Shown one piece after another: positions 51,858 through 64,000 of a stretch of 64,000 nt of DNA. The first letter of the stretch is position 1. Each line of letters opens with the position of its first letter. Source of the DNA: Octopus vulgaris (lineage: Eukaryota); contig OX597823.1 of the NCBI GenBank assembly GCA_951406725.2, positions 86,986,001-87,050,000 of the forward strand, read 5' to 3'. The position numbers and the translations under genes are program-made. Under the pieces are notes generated by a model, which was not told the DNA's origin, searched no databases, and saw nothing but the letters and a program-made list of their open reading frames with translations.

Positions 51858-52439
51858 ATTGTTGTTGCTGTTGTTATCGTCGCCGTCTTAGATTCTTCAA
51901 TACTGTAGATTCAATGATATGTGAGAAGAAAATCGGCAGAAAAAGAGTAATGAATAGCTAAAAAATTAAAAATAAAAATACAAATGAACAGTTACAATAT
52001 ATTTACAAGTAAAAGTGAGATAAAAAAATATATATATATAAAGAAACCAAAAACAAAAAAAAACAAAATGTGAGTAAGAGCGAATGAGCGAATTGAGAGC
52101 GAAATGAGAGCGAATGAACGAGCGATCGAATGAGAGAGAAATATTTTGTTAGATAAAAGAAGAAAATACAAGAAAACATGATAAGGGGAAAGTGCTGGAA
52201 TACAAAGAAAAATGAAAAGAGAAGATATCAAGAAATATAAAGAGATGATCAGAGATGTATTATGAGTGTAGACAAAAAGCTGCTAAAATGGTATTCATTT
52301 TATATAAACGAGCAGCTGTCGGTAACAAACATCCCTCAGTGGTGCGTTGGCAGGTGATGTTCGGTCCAATGGTTTCCAGGAACTCTTGAGAAAATGGTGG
52401 CGAGAGGGGGAGACAAGTTTAAGTGAGAAAAAATTGTAA

Positions 52440-52767
52440 TAGTTGTAGTAGCAGTAGTAGTAGTGGTGGTGGTGGTGGTGGTGGTGGTGGGTGTGGTTGT
52501 GGTAGTTTTAGTCGAATGTTTATCGCAGTCGTTATTAGTACTGGTAATACAGCAAGTACTATCATGATCAACATCGTCGCTGTCGTCGTGATCATCATCA
52601 TCGCCCTCATCATCGTCATCCGCATCGTTTTCATTAATATCATCGGCATCGTCGTCGTCATCATCATCATCACCATCATCATCATCACCACCACCACCAC
52701 CACCACTACCATCATCGTCATCGTCATCATCATCATCATCATTATCATCATCATCATCATTATCATC

Positions 52768-52799
<32 letters not shown>

Positions 52800-53100
52800 T
52801 ATCGTCATCATCATCACCACCACCATCATCATCATCATCCTCATCATCGTCATCCTCATCATCCTCATAAACATCAGTCGTTGTTGTCATGATCATCATC
52901 ACCACGATCATCCTCATTATCAACATCATCATGACCACCACCATTATCATCATCATCATCAACATTATCCTCATTATCATCCTCATCATCAACATCACCA
53001 TCACCATCATCGCCGCCAGCACCACCACCACCATCACCACCACCACCACCATCACCACCATCATTATCATCATCATCAACGTCCTCGTCGTTGTCACCAT
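52440..53100. repeat. (GTA/GTG)n then (CAT/CAC)n trinucleotide tracts
   Basis: Direct reading. Confidence 0.93.
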
Positions 53101-53414
53101 TCTAATCGCTTATGTTATCACCATTATATGTTATCAATATAATTGTGCTGGAATGAGAGAACTAAATGACAGAAGGTATGTGGATCGATGCTCTACTGAT
53201 TCTGTCAGTCTGCACACTTTATGATAATTATCCTTTCAACGAAAGGCAGAGGGTCTGAAATTTTAAGGGTACAGGACTTGCCTATTTTACCGACACCAGT
53301 ACGTAACTAGTTCTTAATTTATCGACTCCAAAAGGATGAATGTCAAAGTCGACTCGAAGCGTTTCGCCCGGCATTCTGTTAGCTCGCTCCCTTACATCTT
53401 ATGATAAGTATAAC

Positions 53415-53920
53415 CAGAGCACTCAGTCTGCGTAAACCCCCCACCACGATAACATCAACGTCCTCTCAAGGATTAGCCAGAGATGAATTTTAAAATGAGC
53501 ATATCGGAAATAAACTCGACTGCTCTCGCAAACGAGAACACTAAAAGTGAACCCGACCGCTCTCAAAAATTAAGTAAAAAAAAAAAAAAAAACAAGAAAA
53601 ATAATCCAGAATCCTTCTCCGGTAGCGGATCGATCTCCAAGTCTAATCAGTTTGTGGATTATCAAATTATATTAACAAACTCCCCTAACTGGATATGTAA
53701 AACCGCTAAACCTTTTAAGTTTTAAACAACAATCAATCTTAATCATTTTCATAATACTTAGGTAAATAAAATCAATTTTTACACTAAAAAATAATAGGGT
53801 ATCTAATCCAAGTTTATTTTCAACATTTCAAAGTACTAATAACCCTGGAAGTTTCATCTGAATCCATCCAGCGGTTCTTGGCTGAAAAATACCGCTGCCT
53901 TCGCTATGGTGGAGGTAATG
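53415..53920 (-). mobile_element. HINE-like element, second copy
   Basis: Reverse-complement match to 16253-16612 (GATTAGCCAGAGATGA..TTTTAAA, GTTTCATCTGAATCCAT..). Confidence 0.65.
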
Positions 53921-54125
53921 ATTGTTATAATCGAGGAACCAAGAAAACAAAAGCCTCGAGCTCAGCGAAATTCGAGCTCAGAACGTAAAGATCCTGTAAA
54001 ATAGTTTTTTGTCAAACGCACCAATGATTACAAACATACGCATACACACACGACCGCACACGCACGCACACACACATGGTTATGACTTATGTATATACGT
54101 ATGCATATATTTATACACACGTATT

Positions 54126-54156
<31 letters not shown>

Positions 54157-54383
54157 ATATATATATATATATATATATAAGCATATTTATACATATATAT
54201 TTATACTTACATATATATAGAGAGAGAGGGATAGAGAGAGAAAGAGAGAGAGAGCTGCCAAAGTAGACGAACGAGTCAACCACATCTAATATATATATAT
54301 GTATGTATATATATATATATGTATGTATACACACACATATATGTATATATATACACACATATATATATATGCATATATATGTG

Positions 54384-54416
<33 letters not shown>

Positions 54417-54437
54417 ATTTGCATGTATATATGTATG

Positions 54438-54469
<32 letters not shown>

Positions 54470-54480
54470 TAGAGAGAGAG

Positions 54481-54557
<77 letters not shown>

Positions 54558-54803
54558 TTTATATATTAGCAATAGGATTGCGGCCGTGTTGAGTCATCGC
54601 CTTGAACGATATTTGTTGAAAGAAATCACATCTCTAAATTACCTTTTTTGTAACTCTGGGACTTATTCTGCCTGTTACTTTTACCGAAACAATTTACGAG
54701 GACACAGACAAAAGAACATCACTGCTGAAATGGTCAGTGGAGAATAACGCAGAAATAAATATCCACGCATTCCTGCACACCTTCATATGTATGTACATAT
54801 AAT

Positions 54804-55036
54804 CTTTTACTCTTTTACTCTTTTACTTGTTTCAGTCAATTGACTGCGGCCATGCTGGAGCACCGCCTTTAGTCGAGCAATTCGACCCCGGGACTTATTC
54901 TTTGTAAGCCCAGTACTTATTCTATCCGTCTCTTTTGCCGAACCGCTAAGTGACGGGGACGTAAACACACCAGCATCGGTTGTCAAGCAATGCTAAGGAG
55001 ATAAACACAGACACACAAACACACAAACACACACGC

Positions 55037-55081
<45 letters not shown>

Positions 55082-55246
55082 TACGACAGGCTTCTTTCAG
55101 TTTCCGTCTACCAAATCCACTCACAAGGCATTGGTCGGCCCGGGGCTATAGCAGACGACACTTACCCAAGATGCCACGCAGTGGGACTGAACCCGGAACC
55201 ATGTGGTTGGTAAGCAAGCTACTTACCACACAGCCACTCCTGCGCC
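54804..55246 (-). mobile_element. SINE family B, near-consensus
   Basis: Complete head, body and (CTTTTACT)n tail. Confidence 0.9.
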
Positions 55247-55326
55247 TATATATATATATATGTTTATATATATATGTGTGTATGTATACATACGCGGATA
55301 TATATGCATGTATGTATGTATACATA

Positions 55327-56145
55327 TACGAGGAGGTAGCCAAAAGTAACCCTTAAAGTTTTCTGTGAGACAAGTCAATTGTAATTCAGACTTCCATCGC
55401 TAGAAACCACTTGATGCGGCCCTCAGGCATAAGTCTGTCGACCGGCGTTTCGTCGCAGTCATGCTGCCACGCGGTGCGTATTTGTTTTGCAGTGCTTCTC
55501 CCCACTTTCTCGATTTCCGCGAAGGCTGAAACGAAGGAACACAATACTTCCGTGAAATTCTGTGTTCTGCAAGGGAAAACGGTGAGCCAGACTGCTGTCA
55601 TGCTTCAGAAAGCTTACAAGGAAGCTGCCATGAGCAAAACAGCAACTGTACATGTGGCTTCCACGCTTTAGGTGTGGTCATTTGTTGCTTGAAAACCAAC
55701 CTTGTGGAGGGCGACCGCCCGAAAGAATGAAAACATCACGAAAATTCATGAACTGATGTGCGGGGACAGTCGCCGAACAATTGACGAATTTGATATAACT
55801 GGTGTGTTCTGGAGCTCCTGCCAACGAACATTGAGCGAGGAATTGCTCACGGAAGATTAAAAGCAATCACGACTGAATGCCTGCCGTGAACTGAAATAAC
55901 CTTTGGAAGTTAATCCGGACCATTTTTTCTTTTAAAGGCCGTCACTGGTGCTACGGAAAGCTGGTGTTATGGAATTTGCAGACGAGGAAGAGGTGAAGAT
56001 AAAAACGCCGGAGGCGTTAAAAGACATCACTTCGCAAGAGTTCCAGGATTGCTTTGAAGAGTGGAAAACGCGTCTGGACCGAGGCATTGCTACAAGTGGA
56101 GAATACTTTGAAAGCGATAAAAGGTGTATACTAAGAGAATAAAAT
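55327..56145 (+). mobile_element. Internally deleted mariner transposon
   Basis: TACGAGGAGGTAGCCAAAAGT TIR-like start; N-terminal VKFCV..GKT..T..ML..AY..AMSKT..GRP; C-terminal FQDCFEEWKTRLDRGIATSGEYFE. Confidence 0.85.
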
Positions 56146-56148
56146 GAT

Positions 56149-56685
56149 CTTTTCTTCTCTAGGCACAAGGCAAGAAATTTTAGCGGGGAGGGGACCAGTC
56201 GATTTGATCGACCCTTGTGTGCAAGTAGTACCTAATTTATCGATCAAGAAAGGATGAAAGGCAAAGTGGACCTCGGCGGAATTTGAACTAAGAATATAAA
56301 GACAGACGGAACACAGCTAAGCATTTTGCCTGGCGTGCTAAGGTTTCTTACTTCTGTATGGTCCACAAGGGGCTAAACATAGAGTGGACAAACAAGGATA
56401 GACAAACGGATTAAGTCGATTCCATCAACCCCAGTCGTAACTGGTACTTAATTTATCGACCCCGAAAGGATGAAAGGCAAAGTCGACCTCGGCGGAATTT
56501 TCAGTTGCTTGAACTAAAAGTCGGAGGGGGACGGGATAATCTAACAATTTATTATAAAAGCAGGTAGTAATTTTACCTTGTTCTTATTCTTAATGCAAGT
56601 TTCCTCGGCAGACTTTGAACTCAGACGAAACACCGCTAAACGTTCCGCCCGGCGTGCTAACGTTTCTGCCAGCTCGCCGCCTTCT
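56149..56685 (-). mobile_element. SINE family A dimer plus head fragment
   Basis: Reverse-complement bodies GAAAGGATGAAAGGCAAAGTCGACCTCGGCGGAATTT. Confidence 0.85.
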
Positions 56686-56843
56686 AAGGATTAGAGGTAT
56701 GAACAGAGAGCGGAAAGAAAAATATAATATTGTATTATCCAGATTCTTTTGAGTACCTCATGTATATTTACATACATATTTACTTACGTACGTACCTACC
56801 TACCTATCTAGCTATCTGTCTATTTATCTATCACACACAGAGA

Positions 56844-56913
<70 letters not shown>

Positions 56914-56918
56914 TTCGG

Positions 56919-56950
<32 letters not shown>

Positions 56951-57084
56951 TATATTATAAATGTGTTTGTGCTTTACTGTGTGATTGTTTGGATCTATAT
57001 GTGTGTGTATGTATATTTTATCTATGTATAAATAAGTATGTATATGTGTGTGTGTATGTGTGTGTATGTGAGTGTGTGTTAAAC

Positions 57085-57163
<79 letters not shown>

Positions 57164-57758
57164 CTTCCACTCTATACATTTACCGTATGTGTGTACTTAT
57201 GCATACATGTATGGATATAGCTACGTAAATGTATTTCAAAAAGCGTGAGAGAGGAAGAACGAGGGAAAGAAACTGAAATATTTCATACACCATGATAGTT
57301 CTTTTAAAGTACTATGAGATTTTTTTTCTCTTGATTCACGGTTGCGAGATTGTAGACATGAAGTATTAACTTTACTATTAATCTACGCATCACGATGTAC
57401 CCTACCTTTCATTTCGAGCCGCCCACCCACGAAAGAAACCAAAAGAAAAAACAGCCCGGGAAACAAGATATGCCATATTAGAAACTAAACTAAATGATGA
57501 GGCCAAAAAAAAACGCTAAGTGTTATTCACTCGAACAACAAGGAGCAGTAATTGTTTCTAAACAATGTTTAAATCGTCATGTAAAAGGTTGAAAAGGAAG
57601 GAAGAATGCTGAGTAACACAAGATAAAAAGAATAAATAATGGGAAATCTAATGAGAAAGACAATATTAAAGGAATGATGTGGTTTGCAGCATGTCTTGGC
57701 AGATGGAAAATCATTTTGTGTAATGTATGTGTCACGTGTTGATGATGATGAAAGAGTG

Positions 57759-57759
<1 letters not shown>

Positions 57760-57840
<81 letters not shown>

Positions 57841-57925
57841 CTGTATCTCTGTGTATGTATGTATGTATGCATGTATGTATGTATGGATGTATATATATAT
57901 ATATGTGTATATAAATATGTATATA

Positions 57926-57973
<48 letters not shown>

Positions 57974-57987
57974 TATATATAATATAC

Positions 57988-58027
<40 letters not shown>

Positions 58028-58121
58028 GTATATGTGTAGATAGATAGATAGATATTATACATACATATTATTCATATAATGTATATATGTACGGGTGTAA
58101 TTATGTGTTTCTAAGTATGTA

Positions 58122-58176
<55 letters not shown>

Positions 58177-58300
58177 GTATATATGTATATATACATACTC
58201 ACACACACACATATGCATACATATAAACAATACATACATATATGCATATACATATGTTTGTATATATTGTATATGTACGTATATATGTGTATGTATACGT
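57760..58300. repeat. Compound (TA)n/(TATG)n microsatellite
   Basis: Direct reading. Confidence 0.93.
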
Positions 58301-58472
58301 AGACAGATGCGCACAGACATACATGCATGCGCTCTGTGGATTGGAATGTTTAAAAATAGAAACACCAATTATAATTTAGCTATTTTTGTGGATATTACAT
58401 CTGCTCACTTCACAGTTATATGTATCTCTTCGTCTTGCTGTCGCCCACTATTTTCATTTACTTATGGATTTA

Positions 58473-59730
58473 TACGAGTGAGAGTCAAAATCACACTCAC
58501 TCTTGTGTTTTTCAATGTATTTACACAAAAGCACGGGATAAACAGCATAAACACGTACGTCATTTGTATATATAGTCTCGATGCACTTGATCCAGCGGTT
58601 CACAAACTTGCGTATTCGTTCAAAGATTTTCGGTTGGCCGTACCACCATTTATGCCCTGCTTCCTTCGCATCTTAATTCATAGGAAATCGACGATAATCG
58701 GAAGGGACGAGATTTGGGCTGAAGGCAGCGTGTTCCAGCATCTCAAAACCCAATCAGTTAATGGTTTCAACGATGTAGGCGGCCGTTTATAGACGTACAT
58801 TGTCATGCAACAACAAAACTTTCTTCAACAATATGCTTCGGCGTTTGGTACGAATTGCTGGCTTCAGTTTGTTCGTCCCAGAAAATCCCTGCATCTTGCA
58901 CTGTTGATCGTACATCCCTTTTCCAGGTAGTCTTTCAGCATAGGCCCTTTTGAGTCACCCTAAAACGTTAGCATCACCTTTCCCGCGGATGACTGAATCT
59001 TTAATTTATTCGTCGCTGGTGGGCCAGGATGTTTTCCTTTCATAATCTGTCTTTTGGATTCTGCCTCATATTGACAGACCCACATTTCATCTCCTATGAA
59101 TATTCTGCTCAAAACATCCTCGCCTTAATTGTTGTAGCGATCGACTTAACGTTGACAGACCTCAGTACGTTTGCATTTTTGTTCTGTAGTATACTTTCTT
59201 GGCACCCATCTTGCACAAACTTTATGGAAGCCGAGCTCATCGCGGATGATTGAATAGGCAGACCCATGACTAATCTACAGAGAACGAGCTACCTCATCGA
59301 TGATAACTCGCTGGGTCACCATTATTATCTCTCGAGCTTGCTGAAGCTTCTTGTGAAGGTTGACGGGCGTCCTGCTCCATCCTCGTGCGTCACGCTTGTC
59401 CAGCCACTTTTAAACTTTTCGATCCATTCATACACTCTTCGTCTCTGTGGGGCACTGTCCCTGTATTGTGTCAAAAACTTCGATAAATTTCAGCACTTGG
59501 CGCACCTTTAGATCAGAGAAATCAGGCCACTACTCTTTGTACTTCTTTGATGTACATTGCGGCAATGCTTACATTGTAAAGCCAGAAACGAAAATGGCGC
59601 GATCAGACACAAACATCGATCACGAGACAACAATAGTGCCAACTATAAGCACGTATGTGCAGAAGGCGGTGTGACAATAATATAGATATGTTATGGCGAA
59701 AGTACGGATAATTTTTTACTACCTCTCATA
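58473..59730 (-). mobile_element. Degenerate mariner DNA transposon
   Basis: Minus-strand transposase relic with LGFHKVCARWVPR, GDEMW, LLLHDN and FSPNLVPSDY motifs, with stops; TA-flanked imperfect TIRs (TACGAG..GTCAAAA / TTTTACT..CTCATA). Confidence 0.9.
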
Positions 59731-60072
59731 CTATTATAGTTAGAGTACAATAAGTCAAGTGGCCACCTCGTGGCTGTATATACGTAGTGATTAATACGGT
59801 TTTAGTTTTTTTCATTTGATCCCCGATTGCGAAGACCTACGATCAATGGCATTCCTCATGTGACCTTTGCCAGTGTATTTAGTGACCATACAGTGTATTT
59901 AGGGCAATATGAAACAAGATCCATTTTTATGGCAGAGTGAAATAAATGGAAGATTCGGCAGGAATTTCTTACTGCTCAAGTTATTACAAAGTTGCATAGG
60001 CTTTGAGTCTGTGTGTGTAAATGGGGTATATACGTATATAAATTTGGATGTATACATACATACATACATACA

Positions 60073-60116
<44 letters not shown>

Positions 60117-60154
60117 TGTATGTATGTATATATCCAAATTTATATGTATGTATT

Positions 60155-60186
<32 letters not shown>

Positions 60187-60792
60187 TGTATGTATGTATG
60201 TATGTATGTATGTATGTATGTATGTATGTATGTTTGTATGTATGTTTGTATGTATACAAAAAAGGACAACAAAACATTCAGACAGACGATACAGAGGAAA
60301 CAAGGACGGGTCATTGGGAGTTATCTATCCTCAGTCGAGTTCCGGATTATCTTTACATACATACAATTCTTTTATTCATTTATTCTTTTTCTTGTTTCAG
60401 TTATTTCACTGCGGCCATACTGTAGCACTGCATTAAATGGTTTCGGTTCTCAAGTGATGATGGGAAGACAAACACAGATGTAAACACACACACACACACA
60501 AACGACGGGCGGCTTTCAGTTTCCGTCCACCAAATCCACTCACAAGGTTTATTCCAGGAATATAGATTAGGTGGTTGGACAGGTCAGTGTTTAGTAGTAA
60601 AAGAAGGTATATGTGTTGGAATGTATATATATATGAATATATTAGACATATATATAAGGGATATAATAAATTTCATGCAAAGAGCTGTAAGACCTTTTAT
60701 TTATAAATGTTCTAAAATCTTCACAGCCTTGGGTTTTTTTTTATCTCATTCTGAAAAAATATTTTTGTATATATATACAAACGCTAATATAT

Positions 60793-61020
60793 GCGGCGAC
60801 CTGGCAGAAACGTTAGCACGCCGGGCGAAATGCGTAGCCGTATTTCGTCTGCCGTTATGTTCTGAGTTCAAATTCCGAGGTCGACTTTGCCTTTCATCCT
60901 TTCGGGGTCGATAAATTAAGTACCAGTTACGCACTAGGGTCGATGTAATCGACTTAATCCCTTTGTCTGTCCTTGTTTATCTCCTCTGTGTTTAGCCCCT
61001 TGTGGGTAGTAAAGAAATAG
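60793..61020 (+). mobile_element. SINE family A monomer
   Basis: Near-consensus head, body and tail 1. Confidence 0.9.
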
Positions 61021-61178
61021 ATACATGACCTACGTTGAACTCCTTATTCACATAATCACCGAATCTGGAGCTTAAGTATGGTCTATCCATAGCATTTACT
61101 CAGCATTACCTGACACCTTTGGGCCTCACTGACACCATTAGCTCTCATAACCTCTCTCACTCTCTGTCTGTCTGTCTG

Positions 61179-61292
<114 letters not shown>

Positions 61293-61655
61293 TATGAGAG
61301 CTAATATATATATATATATATAAAGAATTTACGGTATTCTATCTAAACTAAAAGCTTATCAATATTTGTGATGCTTAAGCTGGCAAGCTGGCAAAATCGT
61401 TAGCCATTACGTCCGTTACGCTCTGAGTTCAAATTCGGCTGAAGTAGACTTTGCCTTTCATTTTTCCGGTGTAGATAAAACATATACCAGTTTGAGGACT
61501 GTAATTGATGTATTCGTCCTACCTCACTTCCCGGAATTTATTGGCGTTGTGTTAAAATCTGAAACCAAGATGTGCAATAATATTTAACATATTAATTATT
61601 GTATTGTGCTGGTTAGAATACGATTGTACTCTATTATTTCTATCTATCATCATTA

Positions 61656-62051
61656 GGCTGCGAGCTGGCAGAAACGTTAGCGCACCGGGCGAAATGCTTA
61701 GTGGTATTGCGTCTGTCGATACGTTATGAGTTCAAATTCCGCCGAGGTCGACTTTGCCTTTCATCCTTTCGGGGTCGATTAAATAAGTACCAGTTACGCA
61801 ATAGGGTCGATATAATTGACTTAATCCGTGTGTCTGTTCTTGTTTGTCCTCTCTGTGTTTAACCCCTTGTGGGTAGTAAAGGAATAGGTTTTTCGTCTGT
61901 CTTTACGTTCCGAGTTCAAATTCCTCCGAGATCGACTTTGCCTTTCATCCTTTCGGAGTCGATAAATTAAGTACCAGTTGCTTACTGGAGTTGATCTAAT
62001 CGACTGGCCCTCTCCCCATAAATTTCGAGCTATGTGCATAGAGTAGAAAAG
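61656..62051 (+). mobile_element. SINE family A dimer
   Basis: Unit with tail 1 joined to a head-truncated unit with tail 2. Confidence 0.9.
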
Positions 62052-62061
62052 TGTAATTATA

Positions 62062-62298
62062 CAGAAAACCCACACCATATTACGGTTCATCTATCGCGGT
62101 TCAGCCATCACGGCTTATTATTTAAGCTTACGTCGATTCGTCCGTGGTGTTGCTTTGCATTTATAATAAAATAAATATATACAAATTACAATTTGTATAA
62201 TTAAAAAATATACCGTGCTATACTGTATATACTTCGCAGATTTTCACCTATTGCGCGAATATCGGAATGCAACACCCGTGATATTCGAGGGTTTACTG
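62062..62298. mobile_element. pogo/Tigger-like MITE
   Basis: TA|CAGAAAACCC..ATATTACGG and CCGTGATATTCGAGGGTTTACTG|TA. Confidence 0.65.
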
Positions 62299-63112
62299 TA
62301 TTATCAACAATTGGATATTTGTTGGTCGTGTGTTTATGATGCTCGATTTGTAGCCACTGGCTTTTGGGTTCAATCCCAGTGCAGCTCACCTTTAGCGAGT
62401 ATTTTTTTAGTATATCCTCGAACCGAAGAATGCTACAAATTATCTCTCTCCTTCGAACATCTCACAATACTGTATCCACACTTATTACAGGAGGGTACCT
62501 TACTAATTTCGGTGCCAAGGAAAGAATAGAACTAGTAACCCTCAGTAAAATGCCCGTTATTCGGAAAGACATCCAACATTAGAAGCCAAGATAAAGCAGA
62601 AAGCAAAAATTGGAGCTCCACACTCTCCATTGGTTCGTCATGATGCTGATGATGATGATGATGGTGACTACGACGACAACGACACCGAAGAGTATGATGA
62701 TGATGACAATGATTAATATGACAATGATGACGACGACAACGACGATGATTATGAAGATGGCGATAATAACGATGGCGATGACGATGCAAAATAAACAAAT
62801 AAGCTAATATCATTACTCTGTTCAAGTATTTTAGTATTTGCGACTTTCCTTTTTCTTCTTCTTCTTCTTCTTCTTCTTCTTCTTCTTCTTCTTCTTCTTC
62901 TTCCCGAATACATTTTCCTCTCGTCTTAAAGCGCCGGCCTAATTCAGTCTCACTTGCACCTAACATCCAACACATAATACCCTAAACAACAACCACTACC
63001 ATTACCACCACCACCACCACCACAACAACAACAACAGCAACAACAACAACACCATCAACAATAACTACAGCAGCAGCTGTATTGGCGATGAAAACAAATG
63101 CTACTACTGCTG

Positions 63113-63164
<52 letters not shown>

Positions 63165-63376
63165 AGTTGCTGTTGTCGCTGCCGCTGCTGCCACTGTTAC
63201 TGCTATTACATGAGAAAACCTGACAATAGCCGTAACAACCTCATCATCGGCAGCAGGGGCACATATGACAACACTGGCGGCACCCCATTACCTATGCATA
63301 TTCTCATTTTCTGCCGTCCCTTGCGGCACAAACCAAAGAGATAATAAATAAATATAAATAAACATAAGAGCAAATA

Positions 63377-63435
<59 letters not shown>

Positions 63436-64000
63436 TCATATTTATATATACAGACACACACAAATGCACGTCTTCTCCAACACCACCCCCACCACCAGTA
63501 CTAATGTCTCGGCCTCGGCCATTTTTATGTGAGACTTCATGTCGTGATATTGCTCTCTCTGTCTCTCTGTCTCTGTCTCTCTGTGTAGTTCTAGTGTGCC
63601 ACGTTCAGTCCCACTACACACACAATGCTCCTACCCCACCACCACCACCACCACCTCCAGCAACAACAACACCATCATCACTACAACCACAATTCTCCAC
63701 CACCACCACCTCCACCACTTCCTCCACCATCGCCGACATCAAAACACTCTTTATACATGTTTTGTGTGTGTAGATGCTGGGGTTCGAACGAGTGCACGGT
63801 GTGTAGGGGGTTACCTGGGATGCCATGCTGATAGCTCAGCAAAAACACAAATATAATTAAACATACTTATCCATTAAGACCTGGTCATTTGTCTTTCTTT
63901 TTTTGTTTTTCTTTTTTATTTCCTTTTTTTTCTTTTCCCATCGCTTCCCAAGCGTTGATAGCTTCATTAACAACAATATGGACAACTCCACAACACTATT

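Noticed and set aside
52301-52430. TATATAAA followed by a TCAGT initiator-like motif
   Set aside because: Spacing of ~35-37 nt is off-consensus, and no downstream ORF or exon is supported

Overview
Eukaryotic, very AT-rich, microsatellite- and SINE-dense genomic DNA. The repeat landscape resembles a coleoid cephalopod (Octopus-like) genome; this is inference. One protein-coding gene is supportable: a minus-strand secreted S1A (chymotrypsin-fold) serine protease. Its CDS is join(13630-13570, 12103-11947, 10007-9886, 8935-8804, 8686-8541, 7440-7285), 774 nt / 257 aa, with an intact His-Asp-Ser triad, a probable 5' non-coding exon with TATA box, and an AATAAA signal. The gene is bracketed by two copies of a ~2.5 kb duplicated block (offset ~17 kb), which suggests a tandem protease array. 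The rest is non-coding: several tRNA-derived SINE families, mariner/Tc1, pogo, hAT, Helitron and Helentron elements, R4/Dong- and RTE-type LINE fragments, and long microsatellites. Most notable is a tRNA-headed, (AAT)n-containing short retroelement carrying a minimal type I hammerhead ribozyme. It has six copies, and four of them form two head-to-head inverted dimers, each flanked by its own 11-12 bp target-site duplication (Penelope-like integration). Relics of further hammerhead families are also present. Almost all ORFs in the supplied track are microsatellite or repeat artefacts. Repeat boundaries were read by eye and are approximate.
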